The notes under the pieces are model-generated. The model was not told the origin of the DNA and did not search any database. It saw only the letters and a program-made list of their open reading frames with translations. Position numbers and translations under genes: made by a program. 16,909 bases of DNA from a virus, in UHGV virus genome UHGV-0043514; one strand, written 5' to 3'. Each line of letters starts with the position of its first letter. The first letter of the stretch is position 1. Positions 1-6,564 of this stretch are shown in pieces.

Positions 1-1074
1 TCATTTGTCGATTTCAATTTTGTCCCATTCCCGTCCACGGCTGTCCCTATACCGCGCCGCCATTGAATCTGATTTATGCCCGAGAAGACGTTGAGCAAAC
101 TTATCGCCAATCTGGTTCCGGTATAGCCTCGCTGACAGGCTACGCAGTTCATGGAATGTTGGCGGGTCTCCATCAAATGAGAGTCCAGATGCATTTCTCG
201 CCTTTGTAAAATACTTCGATACTGTTTTAGGGGAAAGCGGATCGTGATGCTTTGATGCGATTATAGTTTCACTGCCGCTGGCCTCCCTGCATTTCTGTAG
301 TGTATCAGCCAATGAGATATTGAGCGCGTCAATCGTTAGCGTTAGCGGAATGGCGAGCTTAGCCCCTGTTTTACTCTGTTCAATGTGAAGATGGTTGTCG
401 TTTATGTCTGACCATTTCATTCTGCACAAATCGCCGACTCTCTGCCCTGTAACGACAGCCAAATCCATCGCCAGCCTTAGCCAGATTGGGAGAGGTTCGG
501 CTGCATGGTATATCTCGACATACTCATTAGCTGTCAGCCTTGAGCGCCTTACTTCTGACTTTGCTGTGCGGGTTGCTGTTACCGGATTCGTTGCCACATG
601 CCCCTCGGCTATTGCCTCACGAAAAACGTCAACAAGGGTTGACCTGATTAATTTTGCGGAAGCCGCTTTACCTTCTGCTACGTAGGTGTTTAGCATTGTT
701 GCCACCTCTTTCGTTGATATGTCAGCGAGCGGTTTGTCCGGCAATTTTCTTCGGATTGCCCTGATTTTGCTGGCGTAGTCGAGTAGAGTTTTCGGCCTGA
801 TACCCCTCTCGCTGAGGATTGTTTCATATCGGTCAAGCCACGCATGAAGAGTGACTACGTCAGCGCCTTTAATTCTGTCTATCAGTGACTCACGCCTGTT
901 CTCGGATAGCAACTCAATATTGGCCTGAATAGCCTCTGAAACTGCTATCCTTCTGTCTCTGCCTAATCCGAACTCTTTACCCGTCCTTGGGTCCCTGTAG
1001 CAGTAATATCCATTGTTTCTTATATAAAGGTTAGGGGGTAAATCCCGGCGCTCATGACTTCGCCTTCTTCCCAT
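1..1074 (-). CDS. int: Tyrosine site-specific integrase, lambda Int type (357 aa, complete; stop codon at 1-3)
   Basis: Translation begins MGRRRSHERRDLPPNLYIRNNGYYCYRDPRTGKEFGLGRDRR, which matches lambda Int as I recall it; C-terminal catalytic region with HELRSL and R..Y; 23-nt overlap with xis as in lambda. Confidence 0.93.
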   Translation of the reverse strand: MGRRRSHERRDLPPNLYIRNNGYYCYRDPRTGKEFGLGRDRRIAVSEAIQANIELLSENRRESLIDRIKGADVVTLHAWLDRYETILSERGIRPKTLLDYASKIRAIRRKLPDKPLADISTKEVATMLNTYVAEGKAASAKLIRSTLVDVFREAIAEGHVATNPVTATRTAKSEVRRSRLTANEYVEIYHAAEPLPIWLRLAMDLAVVTGQRVGDLCRMKWSDINDNHLHIEQSKTGAKLAIPLTLTIDALNISLADTLQKCREASGSETIIASKHHDPLSPKTVSKYFTKARNASGLSFDGDPPTFHELRSLSARLYRNQIGDKFAQRLLGHKSDSMAARYRDSRGREWDKIEIDK

Positions 1075-1270
1075 TTCTGATCCTCTTCAAAAGGCTACCT
1101 GTTACTGGTCGATTTAAGTCAACCTTTACCGCTGATTCGTGGAACAGATACTCTCTTCCATCCTTAACCGGAGGAGGGAATATCCTGCACTCGCGTACCC
1201 ATCGACGAACTGTTTCAAGGCTTCTTGGGCGCCGCTGGCGTGCGTTCCACTCCTGAAGTGTTAAGTACAT
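1052..1270 (-). CDS. xis: Excisionase (72 aa)
   Basis: MYLTLQEWNARQRRPRSLETVRRWVRECRIFPPPVKDGREYLFHESAVKVDLNRP is essentially lambda Xis from memory; position directly upstream of and overlapping int. Confidence 0.92.
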   Translation of the reverse strand: MYLTLQEWNARQRRPRSLETVRRWVRECRIFPPPVKDGREYLFHESAVKVDLNRPVTGSLLKRIRNGKKAKS

Positions 1271-1297
1271 CGCAAAGTCTCCGCAATTACACGCAAG

Positions 1298-1320
1298 AAA
1301 AAACCGCCATCAGGCGGCTT
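1298..1320 (-). terminator. Intrinsic terminator-like hairpin on the minus strand (CCGCC-UGAU-GGCGG followed by U6)
   Basis: Plus strand reads aaaaaaCCGCCatcaGGCGG; on the minus strand this is a GC stem followed by a T-run. It overlaps the stop of the 55-aa ORF upstream of xis. Confidence 0.45.
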
Positions 1321-1477
1321 GGTGTTCTTTCAGTTCTTCAATTTGAATATTGGTTACTTCTGCATGTGCTATCTGCGCCCATATCATCCAGTGGTTATAG
1401 CAGTCATTGATGTCCTCTGCTTCGATAACTCTGTTGAATGGCTCTCCATTCCATTCACCTGTGACTCGGAAGTGCAT
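1310..1477 (-). CDS. Small hypothetical protein (55 aa), not in the supplied ORF track
   Basis: ATG at 1477 preceded by GGAG with about 7-nt spacing; translation MHFRVTGEWNGEPFNRVIEAEDINDCYNHWMIWAQIAHAEVTNIQIEELKEHQAA; sits where lambda has a small ORF between ea8.5 and xis. Confidence 0.35.
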   Translation of the reverse strand: MHFRVTGEWNGEPFNRVIEAEDINDCYNHWMIWAQIAHAEVTNIQIEELKEHQAA

Positions 1478-1565
1478 TTATCATCTCCATAAAACAAAAC
1501 TCGCCGTAGCGAGCTCAGATAAAAGAAATCCCCGCGAGTGCGAGGATAGTTACTTGTTCATATTA

Positions 1566-1847
1566 TTAATCGTCAATGTATTTTGAGCATTGTGGGCAAT
1601 CATCAATCCCACAATACGATTCATATGCATCCTTTATTGCGTCGCGGGCTTCAGTAAGAGTATTGAATAAGTTGCAGCTATTATCTTTTTGATATAGGTA
1701 AGTTCCTAATTTATAAGCAGAAGAAGCATCATTTCCGCTGTCTAAAATTACATCGTTATGGATTCTGCACCTTGCAAGAACTCCTGATCCCATAAGGGTC
1801 TGCATAGCCCATTGCTCTTGATCTTCACACAAATCATGAATGCTCAT
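1566..1847 (-). CDS. Ea8.5-like protein (93 aa from the ATG at 1847; the track's 99-aa ORF starts at an upstream GTG)
   Basis: MSIHDLCEDQEQW...DDCPQCSKYIDD; Cys/His-containing C-terminus and the same size and position as lambda ea8.5 between ea22 and xis; GAGG Shine-Dalgarno 7 nt upstream of the ATG. Confidence 0.6.
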   Translation of the reverse strand: MSIHDLCEDQEQWAMQTLMGSGVLARCRIHNDVILDSGNDASSAYKLGTYLYQKDNSCNLFNTLTEARDAIKDAYESYCGIDDCPQCSKYIDD

Positions 1848-1946
1848 TTCAACACCTCTCTTCACGTTTCACACACGTTAAGATTAACAGTGTTTTTACA
1901 TGCTTTGGAAGATTTATTTTATAAAAACTCTTTTAATACAAATAGA

Positions 1947-1966
1947 TATAATAGTTCACTATTATA
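1947..1966. promoter_or_regulatory. 20-bp palindrome TATAATAG-TTCA-CTATTATA overlapping the stop codon of the Ea22-like gene
   Basis: 8-bp arms, 4-bp spacer; carries a TATAAT hexamer on both strands; lies in a 100-bp AT-rich gap upstream of the Ea8.5-like gene. Confidence 0.3.
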
Positions 1967-2573
1967 GCTCCTTTAATCGAGGCGGTTCTGGTAGAGGCAT
2001 CCAGTGTGATGGTATCCACGACGCACCAGGAATTATCCACCCATCATTAGCGTCAGGATGCCCAGGGATGTAAGTCGCCCATTTCATTCGCCAGTCACCT
2101 TTCCTGTCAAACTCCCTGGCAACAAGAACGGCTGTTTTGCTATCCGGCATTCGCTCACTACAGCTTATCCAACCATCCGGAGTTACCGGAGAGTTGCCCG
2201 ACAGCTCGTTCAACTTGTAAGTCTGGCTTACAAGTTCGGCTTCCAGTTCTGCTATGCGCTTCTCTGATGCTTCAAGTAACGCCTGCTTATCGCGTAGCGC
2301 TTCTTCCAGTTCAGCAACATGGCACTCACTATCAATAAGGTTGTTCTCTGCGGCTTCCAGCTCAACACGCAGCTTCCCTACCGTTAGCGCAATATCCTCG
2401 TTCTCCTGGTCGCGGCGTTTGATGTATTGCTGGTTTCTTTCCCGTTCATCCAGCAGTGCCAGCACAACCTGAGGTGTGACTTTCATACGAAATGCCAGCA
2501 ATTTTTGAGGCGTTGCTACTGTTTCAATTGCTACTGCTGCCTCACGCAGTACCTGATAGTCAATCTTGCTCAC
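1962..2573 (-). CDS. Ea22-like accessory protein with central coiled coil and C-terminal DUF551-like domain (203 aa from GTG 2573; track gives 210 aa from GTG 2594)
   Basis: Heptad-rich [44 protein letters not shown]; C-terminus [19 protein letters not shown]...[13 protein letters not shown] resembles DUF551; AGGAGG sits 6 nt upstream of GTG 2573, and the stop of the upstream ORF overlaps it as GTGA. Confidence 0.65.
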   Translation of the reverse strand: MSKIDYQVLREAAVAIETVATPQKLLAFRMKVTPQVVLALLDERERNQQYIKRRDQENEDIALTVGKLRVELEAAENNLIDSECHVAELEEALRDKQALLEASEKRIAELEAELVSQTYKLNELSGNSPVTPDGWISCSERMPDSKTAVLVAREFDRKGDWRMKWATYIPGHPDANDGWIIPGASWIPSHWMPLPEPPRLKEL

Positions 2574-2736
2574 TGGTTGCCTCCTTTGCGCCACATCGCA
2601 TTCAGATATTTGTTTTTATTCACTGAAGGAAAAGAATTTCTCTTAAGCAATTCCTCTCTCGATGGCATTGGCTTTACGCGTTGGCGAATAATCATTTCTG
2701 CCGGAAGAATGCCGGGATTGTATGCAAGTCCTCTCA
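2570..2736 (-). CDS. Small hypothetical protein (55 aa), translationally coupled to the Ea22-like gene
   Basis: ATG 2736 preceded by AGAGGA with 7-nt spacing; [55 protein letters not shown]; not in the supplied ORF track. Confidence 0.3.
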
Positions 2737-2753
2737 TGGTAAATTCCTCTTTG

Positions 2754-3068
2754 TTAATTTATTCGTATGCCTGCTCTTTCTTCATCGAGTTTTTTTAGCT
2801 TGTATCGCATAGCCCTTACTGAATAAATTGAGCGGCAGGTTGCAATTGCTATTTCTTCTGCGGAGAACTTACCGAAAAGTGATACTTCGGCTCTTGTCCA
2901 GCGTCTTCCACGAAGTCGGCTAACAATGTCAGCGCCAATCCTTGTTGCTTTCGCCATTACTGCTTTTTCAGTCCTTTCCAGTTTTTCAGCGATAACTTCA
3001 ACTGGCATTGTCGCCGCCACTTCGCGCAAGAAATCGACTTCCCATTTCTCCCATGGAGTCTTTTTCAT
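2754..3068 (-). CDS. Hypothetical phage protein (104 aa) with two tandem Myb/SANT-like helical repeats
   Basis: Internal duplication [40 protein letters not shown] versus [35 protein letters not shown]; pattern W-T-x-x-E ... EEIA ... R ... A resembles homeodomain-like DNA-binding repeats. Confidence 0.45.
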   Translation of the reverse strand: MKKTPWEKWEVDFLREVAATMPVEVIAEKLERTEKAVMAKATRIGADIVSRLRGRRWTRAEVSLFGKFSAEEIAIATCRSIYSVRAMRYKLKKLDEERAGIRIN

Positions 3069-3079
3069 AGGCGATACCG

Positions 3080-3562
3080 TTATTTGATAAGAAGTGAAGG
3101 TTTCCCAACTTTGAGTTGAGCGCCGGGGATATTTATTCCTGCTTTTAGTTGGTGTTTGATTGCCAGTTTGTCGGCTTTAATTGTCGTTTCAAACTCAACG
3201 TATTCAGAAGGAAGGGCGCTTGAGTCGATGATTTCTACAGTTTCTGACGGTTTGCGGATTGTTACCTGGTGAATACCTGCTCGAATCTTTTTCTTGCCAA
3301 CCATTTCAAGCGATGACGCTATATACGCCATAATGCTGTCAATCTTATTTTGAATTACTGCGGCTCGCTCATTCAGTGACTTTGCCTCTTCCTTGAGGCG
3401 TTCGGCATAACCAGATTCATTTTTAATGACGGAAAGAAGTTGCTCTATTTTATCGGTAAATTCTCCTTCCATGCCTTCTATTGTGTCAGCAATCATCTCT
3501 GGTTCTAAATCTGAATCCATCAATTTTGCGTATTCATTGGCAATTTCATACAGTTTGCTCAC
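3080..3562 (-). CDS. Mu Gam-like / Sipho_Gp157-like protein, putative DNA-end-binding host-nuclease inhibitor (160 aa from GTG 3562; track gives TTG 3568)
   Basis: N-terminal coiled coil, C-terminal KKKIRAGIHQVTIRKPSETVEIID...KLAIKHQLKAGINIPGAQLKVG resembles the Mu Gam family pattern; directly downstream of recT; GGAGG 6 nt upstream of the GTG. Confidence 0.5.
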   Translation of the reverse strand: MSKLYEIANEYAKLMDSDLEPEMIADTIEGMEGEFTDKIEQLLSVIKNESGYAERLKEEAKSLNERAAVIQNKIDSIMAYIASSLEMVGKKKIRAGIHQVTIRKPSETVEIIDSSALPSEYVEFETTIKADKLAIKHQLKAGINIPGAQLKVGKPSLLIK

Positions 3563-4448
3563 TGGCAACCTCCAGTTTCGCTTTGCATTCTGCGTAAATG
3601 GCTTGTACGTTCTGCTGCAATTTCATTCCAGATGTCAGGCGATATGCTTCTGCAAAATATCGCTTCAAATCATCCATGTTTTCAGCATGAGCCATTTCAT
3701 CACAAAGAAGTTGTGCTTTTTCCATTATTTCCTGCTGGCGTTTCCGTTCATCTTCGCGGATATCTTCCTCTGATTTGTGCGGCATAACTGGTTCCTGATG
3801 CATACCTTCATCTTCGTTAAGCAGGTGAATGGCATTATCCAGTCGCTGGGCTTTAGGCCAGTATTTGCTGGCGCGTTTAACTATTGTTTTACGTGCCATC
3901 TCTTCCCAGAATGTTTTCCACGGTCCATTCTTTGCCTTGCTCGTTGCTTCCACAGCTTTAATTTCTGCCAGACTCATTTCTTCAGTCAGGTAGTCACCAT
4001 CTGCTGTTTTAACCGTGCAATAACCTCCAACAATAGAGCCTCGCTCACCAAATGCGTTGTATTTGTGGGTTGGTGCTGAATCAAGGCCATTTGATTCATA
4101 GGTGTCGTTTGAGTACACCAGTTTGCATTGCCCCCACTTAATTGATCCTGTCGATTGCGCAAGATGAAGTAATCCCATGTAACTGATATCAAGGCACACC
4201 ATGCCGTCGCGAGGAACCAGATAAGCCAGTTTGCTGGCCGGGTTTAAGGTGATGCCGATCGCCGCAACATTGATGATGGCGTTCTGTGCGCTGGTTGGAT
4301 TTGCCAGTGCTGTTTTAGCCAGGTAATCGTTTTTCTGGAAATACTGAATTGCAAACTGGCTTTCCTTAGCCCATGTCACCGTCTGTTCAGTCAATGCTCC
4401 GCAGAATAACTGCTCTTGCTGTTTAACGAATTCAACGATATTGCTCAT
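3546..4448 (-). CDS. recT: RecT-family single-strand annealing recombinase (300 aa)
   Basis: Size and sequence character of RecT/Red-beta family proteins (VAAIGITLNPASKLAYLVPRDGMVCLDISYMGL...KTIVKRASKYWP); occupies the bet position of the pL operon. Confidence 0.8.
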   Translation of the reverse strand: MSNIVEFVKQQEQLFCGALTEQTVTWAKESQFAIQYFQKNDYLAKTALANPTSAQNAIINVAAIGITLNPASKLAYLVPRDGMVCLDISYMGLLHLAQSTGSIKWGQCKLVYSNDTYESNGLDSAPTHKYNAFGERGSIVGGYCTVKTADGDYLTEEMSLAEIKAVEATSKAKNGPWKTFWEEMARKTIVKRASKYWPKAQRLDNAIHLLNEDEGMHQEPVMPHKSEEDIREDERKRQQEIMEKAQLLCDEMAHAENMDDLKRYFAEAYRLTSGMKLQQNVQAIYAECKAKLEVASEQTV

Positions 4449-4756
4449 GCAGCTTCTCCATAAATATGTCTGCGTTTGAATATTGCGAAGGCATATTCAG
4501 CCTTAACTCTTTCGGTTATTGCATCCCAGAACCATTCAGCGGCTTTTTCCTGATAGTTACAGTCATCATCTTCCAGCCAGTCGATAGCGTCCTTAGTGTG
4601 TTCATCTGGTTTATATGAGCGAAGCATTTCGCTTATTGGGTCGCAACGTTTGCAGAGGCGATCAACTTCACTGTTGATTCGTTCGTAATCTTCATCAGTA
4701 AAACTTGCGATTATTTGCGATATTTCACGCTTATCATTCAGAGTCAGAATCATCAT
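4445..4756 (-). CDS. Hypothetical acidic protein (103 aa) at the position lambda uses for gam
   Basis: Strong AGGAG Shine-Dalgarno upstream of the ATG ATG start; stop overlaps the recT start as ATGA; Cys-containing (CKRCD, DDDCNY), Asp/Glu-rich; no family recognised. Confidence 0.55.
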   Translation of the reverse strand: MMILTLNDKREISQIIASFTDEDYERINSEVDRLCKRCDPISEMLRSYKPDEHTKDAIDWLEDDDCNYQEKAAEWFWDAITERVKAEYAFAIFKRRHIYGEAA

Positions 4757-4841
4757 CTTTCTCCTGTTCTTTGTGCTGATTGAGCATTTTGTTCATCTGA
4801 CGAATGAATTCTTCGTCTGACCAGTTATCTGTAAAACTCAT
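4725..4841 (-). CDS. Possible very small ORF (38 aa) overlapping the start of the 103-aa gene
   Basis: ATG 4841 overlaps the stop of the Kil-like ORF as ATGA; MSFTDNWSDEEFIRQMNKMLNQHKEQEKDDDSDSE; weak Shine-Dalgarno; may be non-coding. Confidence 0.2.
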
Positions 4842-4990
4842 TTCCTGCGATACCACGGAAGATTGATAGCTGATTTCATCGCTTTATTTGCTTCAAGCCA
4901 CATTTTTGAATCACCAATAAATCTGGCTATTACTGCTTTGTTTTGTGCAGCACGAAGCATCTGGTGATTAATGGCTATTTCATTGCGCAT
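4838..4990 (-). CDS. kil: Kil-like small protein (50 aa), possible host cell-division inhibitor
   Basis: MRNEIAINHQMLRAAQNKAVIARFIGDSKMWLEANKAMKSAINLPWYRRK; the FIGD-x-KM segment and the size and position (between cIII and the recombination genes, overlapping cIII) match my recollection of lambda Kil; not in the supplied ORF track. Confidence 0.45.
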   Translation of the reverse strand: MRNEIAINHQMLRAAQNKAVIARFIGDSKMWLEANKAMKSAINLPWYRRK

Positions 4991-5109
4991 AACGCCTCCA
5001 GTTGTTTCTTTGCTGCTCTGATTAATTGTTTAACTCGGCGTGATAATTCAGATTCGTGCGGGTAGAAAGCGGACATGACGCCGCTACCCGCGAGCTGAAA
5101 GTGCATCAT
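4975..5109 (-). CDS. cIII: CIII-like protein (44 aa from ATG 5109; the track's 79-aa ORF extends upstream)
   Basis: MMHFQLAGSGVMSAFYPHESELSRRVKQLIRAAKKQLEALCAMK resembles lambda CIII (MQYAIAGW...ESLLERITRKLR); AAGGAG 6 nt upstream of the ATG; overlaps the Kil-like ORF as in lambda. Confidence 0.65.
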   Translation of the reverse strand: MMHFQLAGSGVMSAFYPHESELSRRVKQLIRAAKKQLEALCAMK

Positions 5110-5175
5110 GGGTAACTCCTTATATTTGATTGCATAACGAAAACGCCTCGAGTGAAGCGTTATTGGTATGCATAT

Positions 5176-5199
5176 AAAAAGGCCCTCACATAGGAGGGC
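5176..5199 (-). terminator. Intrinsic terminator-like hairpin on the minus strand, upstream of cIII (tL-type)
   Basis: Plus strand aaaaaGGCCCTCacatagGAGGGC; on the minus strand a 6-bp GC stem followed by CUUUUUAU. Confidence 0.4.
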
Positions 5200-5259
5200 A
5201 AAGAAGATTTCCAATAATCAGAACAAGTCGGCTCCTGTTTAGTTACGAGCGACATTGCT

Positions 5260-5291
5260 CTGTGTATTCACTCGTTGGAATGAATACACAG
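5260..5291. promoter_or_regulatory. Perfect 11-bp inverted repeat CTGTGTATTCA-N10-TGAATACACAG
   Basis: Seen directly; lies 125 bp upstream of the SieB-like gene; candidate operator or RNA hairpin. Confidence 0.35.
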
Positions 5292-5350
5292 TGCAGTGTT
5301 TATTCGTATGCCTGTCTTTTAACCACATCAGGCTCGGTGGTTCTCGTGTA

Positions 5351-5400
5351 CCCCTACAGCGAGAAATCGGATAAACTCTATTCACCCCCTACAGAGAGAA
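5351..5400 (+). repeat. Two direct repeats CCCCTACAG(C/A)GAGAA, 35 bp centre to centre, immediately upstream of the SieB-like start
   Basis: 5351-5365 cccctacagcgagaa and 5386-5400 cccctacagagagaa (14 of 15 identical); the second ends 16 nt before ATG 5417. Confidence 0.4.
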
Positions 5401-5416
5401 TGATGGAGATTCACCG

Positions 5417-5956
5417 ATGAGTAACTGGTGGCAGGAACTATTACGTTTCTTCCTGCGTGGTCTTACGCTACAACAGTTAATTCATATGCTTATTATTTTA
5501 ATTGCCTTGATAATAATCACCCCTGCATCAATTAAAGAGTGGGTAGATATAAGGAACCCAGAAATACTTCCAGATCACTGGATGTATTACGCAATGCTTT
5601 TGTGTATCAGTTATGTTCTGAACAGGGTGATGGAGTTTATATTTCTGGCATCTTCAGACAGATATAAAAAATATCTCAGTAAGAGAGATGAGGCTAAAGT
5701 AATTGTGGAGACTGAGCGCCTGTTCAATTCTCTGAGTATTCAGGAAAAAGAGGTTTTAGCATTTGCTGTTATGGCAAATAACAAAATCGTACTTAAGCAC
5801 GGCGATCCGGTCGCTTTATCTCTTATGAGAAAAGGCCTTCTCCATCGCTCAGGTGTGACTTACAGCGCGTCAGGTAAAGAGAAATTTGTTATACCTGACG
5901 TCTGGTTCCATGAGTGTTATATGCGCTTTGCTGGTAAAGCTGATGAGCTAATTTAG
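5417..5956 (+). CDS. sieB: SieB-like superinfection exclusion membrane protein (179 aa)
   Basis: Two N-terminal hydrophobic segments (LIHMLIILIALIIITPASI; WMYYAMLLCISYVLNRVMEFIFLA) and a soluble C-terminal half; rightward gene convergent with N, as I recall sieB in lambda; GGAGA Shine-Dalgarno 7 nt upstream. Confidence 0.5.
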   Translation: MSNWWQELLRFFLRGLTLQQLIHMLIILIALIIITPASIKEWVDIRNPEILPDHWMYYAMLLCISYVLNRVMEFIFLASSDRYKKYLSKRDEAKVIVETERLFNSLSIQEKEVLAFAVMANNKIVLKHGDPVALSLMRKGLLHRSGVTYSASGKEKFVIPDVWFHECYMRFAGKADELI

Positions 5957-5977
5957 TTCCTCGACGGCGGGGGATCG

Positions 5978-6250
5978 TCACCTCGCTGTCAGTTGTTTTG
6001 ATTTCCGGTAGCCTGCCGCGTAAATAGCTACGTTTGGCAGGCAAATACTTCCACTGCATTCATCTGCCTTCTTGCAGCAAAGGCTTCCTAGTGATGCTGC
6101 TTTGTCTGCTCTGACGCAACCAGAGAGCTTTAGCGCAATTTTTCGCGCCAGTGCTTCATTACTGCGTCGCTCGGCAATAAGTTCTGCTCTGCGAGCTTTG
6201 TAGCGGCTTTTTGCCGTACCTTTGGATTCTTTCCAGACAATGGTTACCAT
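5978..6250 (-). CDS. N: N-family transcription antiterminator (90 aa from ATG 6250; the track's ORF starts upstream)
   Basis: Arginine-rich motif GTAKSRYKARRAELIAERR near the N-terminus; C-terminus LPNVAIYAAGYRKSKQLTAR resembles P22 gp24 / phage 21 N as recalled; AAGGAG upstream; first gene after pL and nutL. Confidence 0.8.
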   Translation of the reverse strand: MVTIVWKESKGTAKSRYKARRAELIAERRSNEALARKIALKLSGCVRADKAASLGSLCCKKADECSGSICLPNVAIYAAGYRKSKQLTAR

Positions 6251-6360
6251 GATGGTCTCCTTTAAGTGGCTTTGGCGCATGACGCGTCGAGGTGCTTATC
6301 TTCTCGATCGCTGTCTTGCAGCTGCAATTCGCGCCATCCCCAAAACCACTCAAGTTCTGG

Positions 6361-6401
6361 TCTCAACGGTTAGGTTGAGAGTCCGTCGATGTTAAAGAGC
6401 C
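6361..6401 (-). promoter_or_regulatory. nutL: boxA (GCUCUUUAACA) plus boxB hairpin UCUCAAC-CUAACC-GUUGAGA
   Basis: Reverse complement of 6390-6400 is GCTCTTTAACA (boxA consensus); 9 nt downstream a perfect 7-bp stem with loop CUAACC (plus 6361-6380). Confidence 0.55.
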
Positions 6402-6439
6402 TGCCAATCTGTTCCGTTTGGCTTCCAGCGTCCTGCTGA

Positions 6440-6530
6440 TGGCTTAAATTTAAGACTTCTTAATTTATTGGTCAAGTGCATTTTTGAAGAAAACTTAATT
6501 TTATGGACGTGAATTTAGTTTGTCTTTGAT
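6440..6530 (-). promoter_or_regulatory. OL/pL region: P22-type repressor operator(s) and leftward early promoter
   Basis: ATTTAAGACTTCTTAATT (6448-6465) has the same TTAAGA/TCTTAA half-site organisation as the OR sites; AT-rich; sits between the repressor gene and nutL/N. Confidence 0.5.
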
Positions 6531-6543
6531 TTTTAACGGGAAA

Positions 6544-6564
6544 TAAAAAAGGGGCGAAAGCCCC
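6544..6564 (-). terminator. Intrinsic terminator directly after the repressor gene (minus strand)
   Basis: Plus strand aaaaaaaGGGGCgaaaGCCCC; on the minus strand a 5-bp GC stem with a tetraloop followed by U6-7; abuts the cI stop codon at 6565-6567. Confidence 0.55.

Noticed and set aside
1-60. attL / attP core expected next to int
   Set aside because: The window begins at the int stop codon, so the attachment site and prophage-host junction lie outside the window and cannot be assessed.
395-685. Plus-strand ORF (96 aa) inside int, and similar antisense ORFs listed at 1225..1410, 2058..2267, 2254..2472, 2427..2798, 3426..3773, 3777..4079 and 3986..4192
   Set aside because: All are embedded antisense or out of frame within well-supported genes and lack ribosome-binding sites.
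4975-5214. 79-aa version of the cIII ORF from the track
   Set aside because: The upstream extension is hydrophobic and has no ribosome-binding site; the internal ATG at 5109 has an AAGGAG Shine-Dalgarno and gives a CIII-sized product.
5260-5291. Possible LexA (SOS) box because of CTGT...ACAG ends
   Set aside because: LexA boxes are CTGT-N8-ACAG (16 bp); this palindrome has 11-bp arms separated by 10 bp, so the geometry does not fit.
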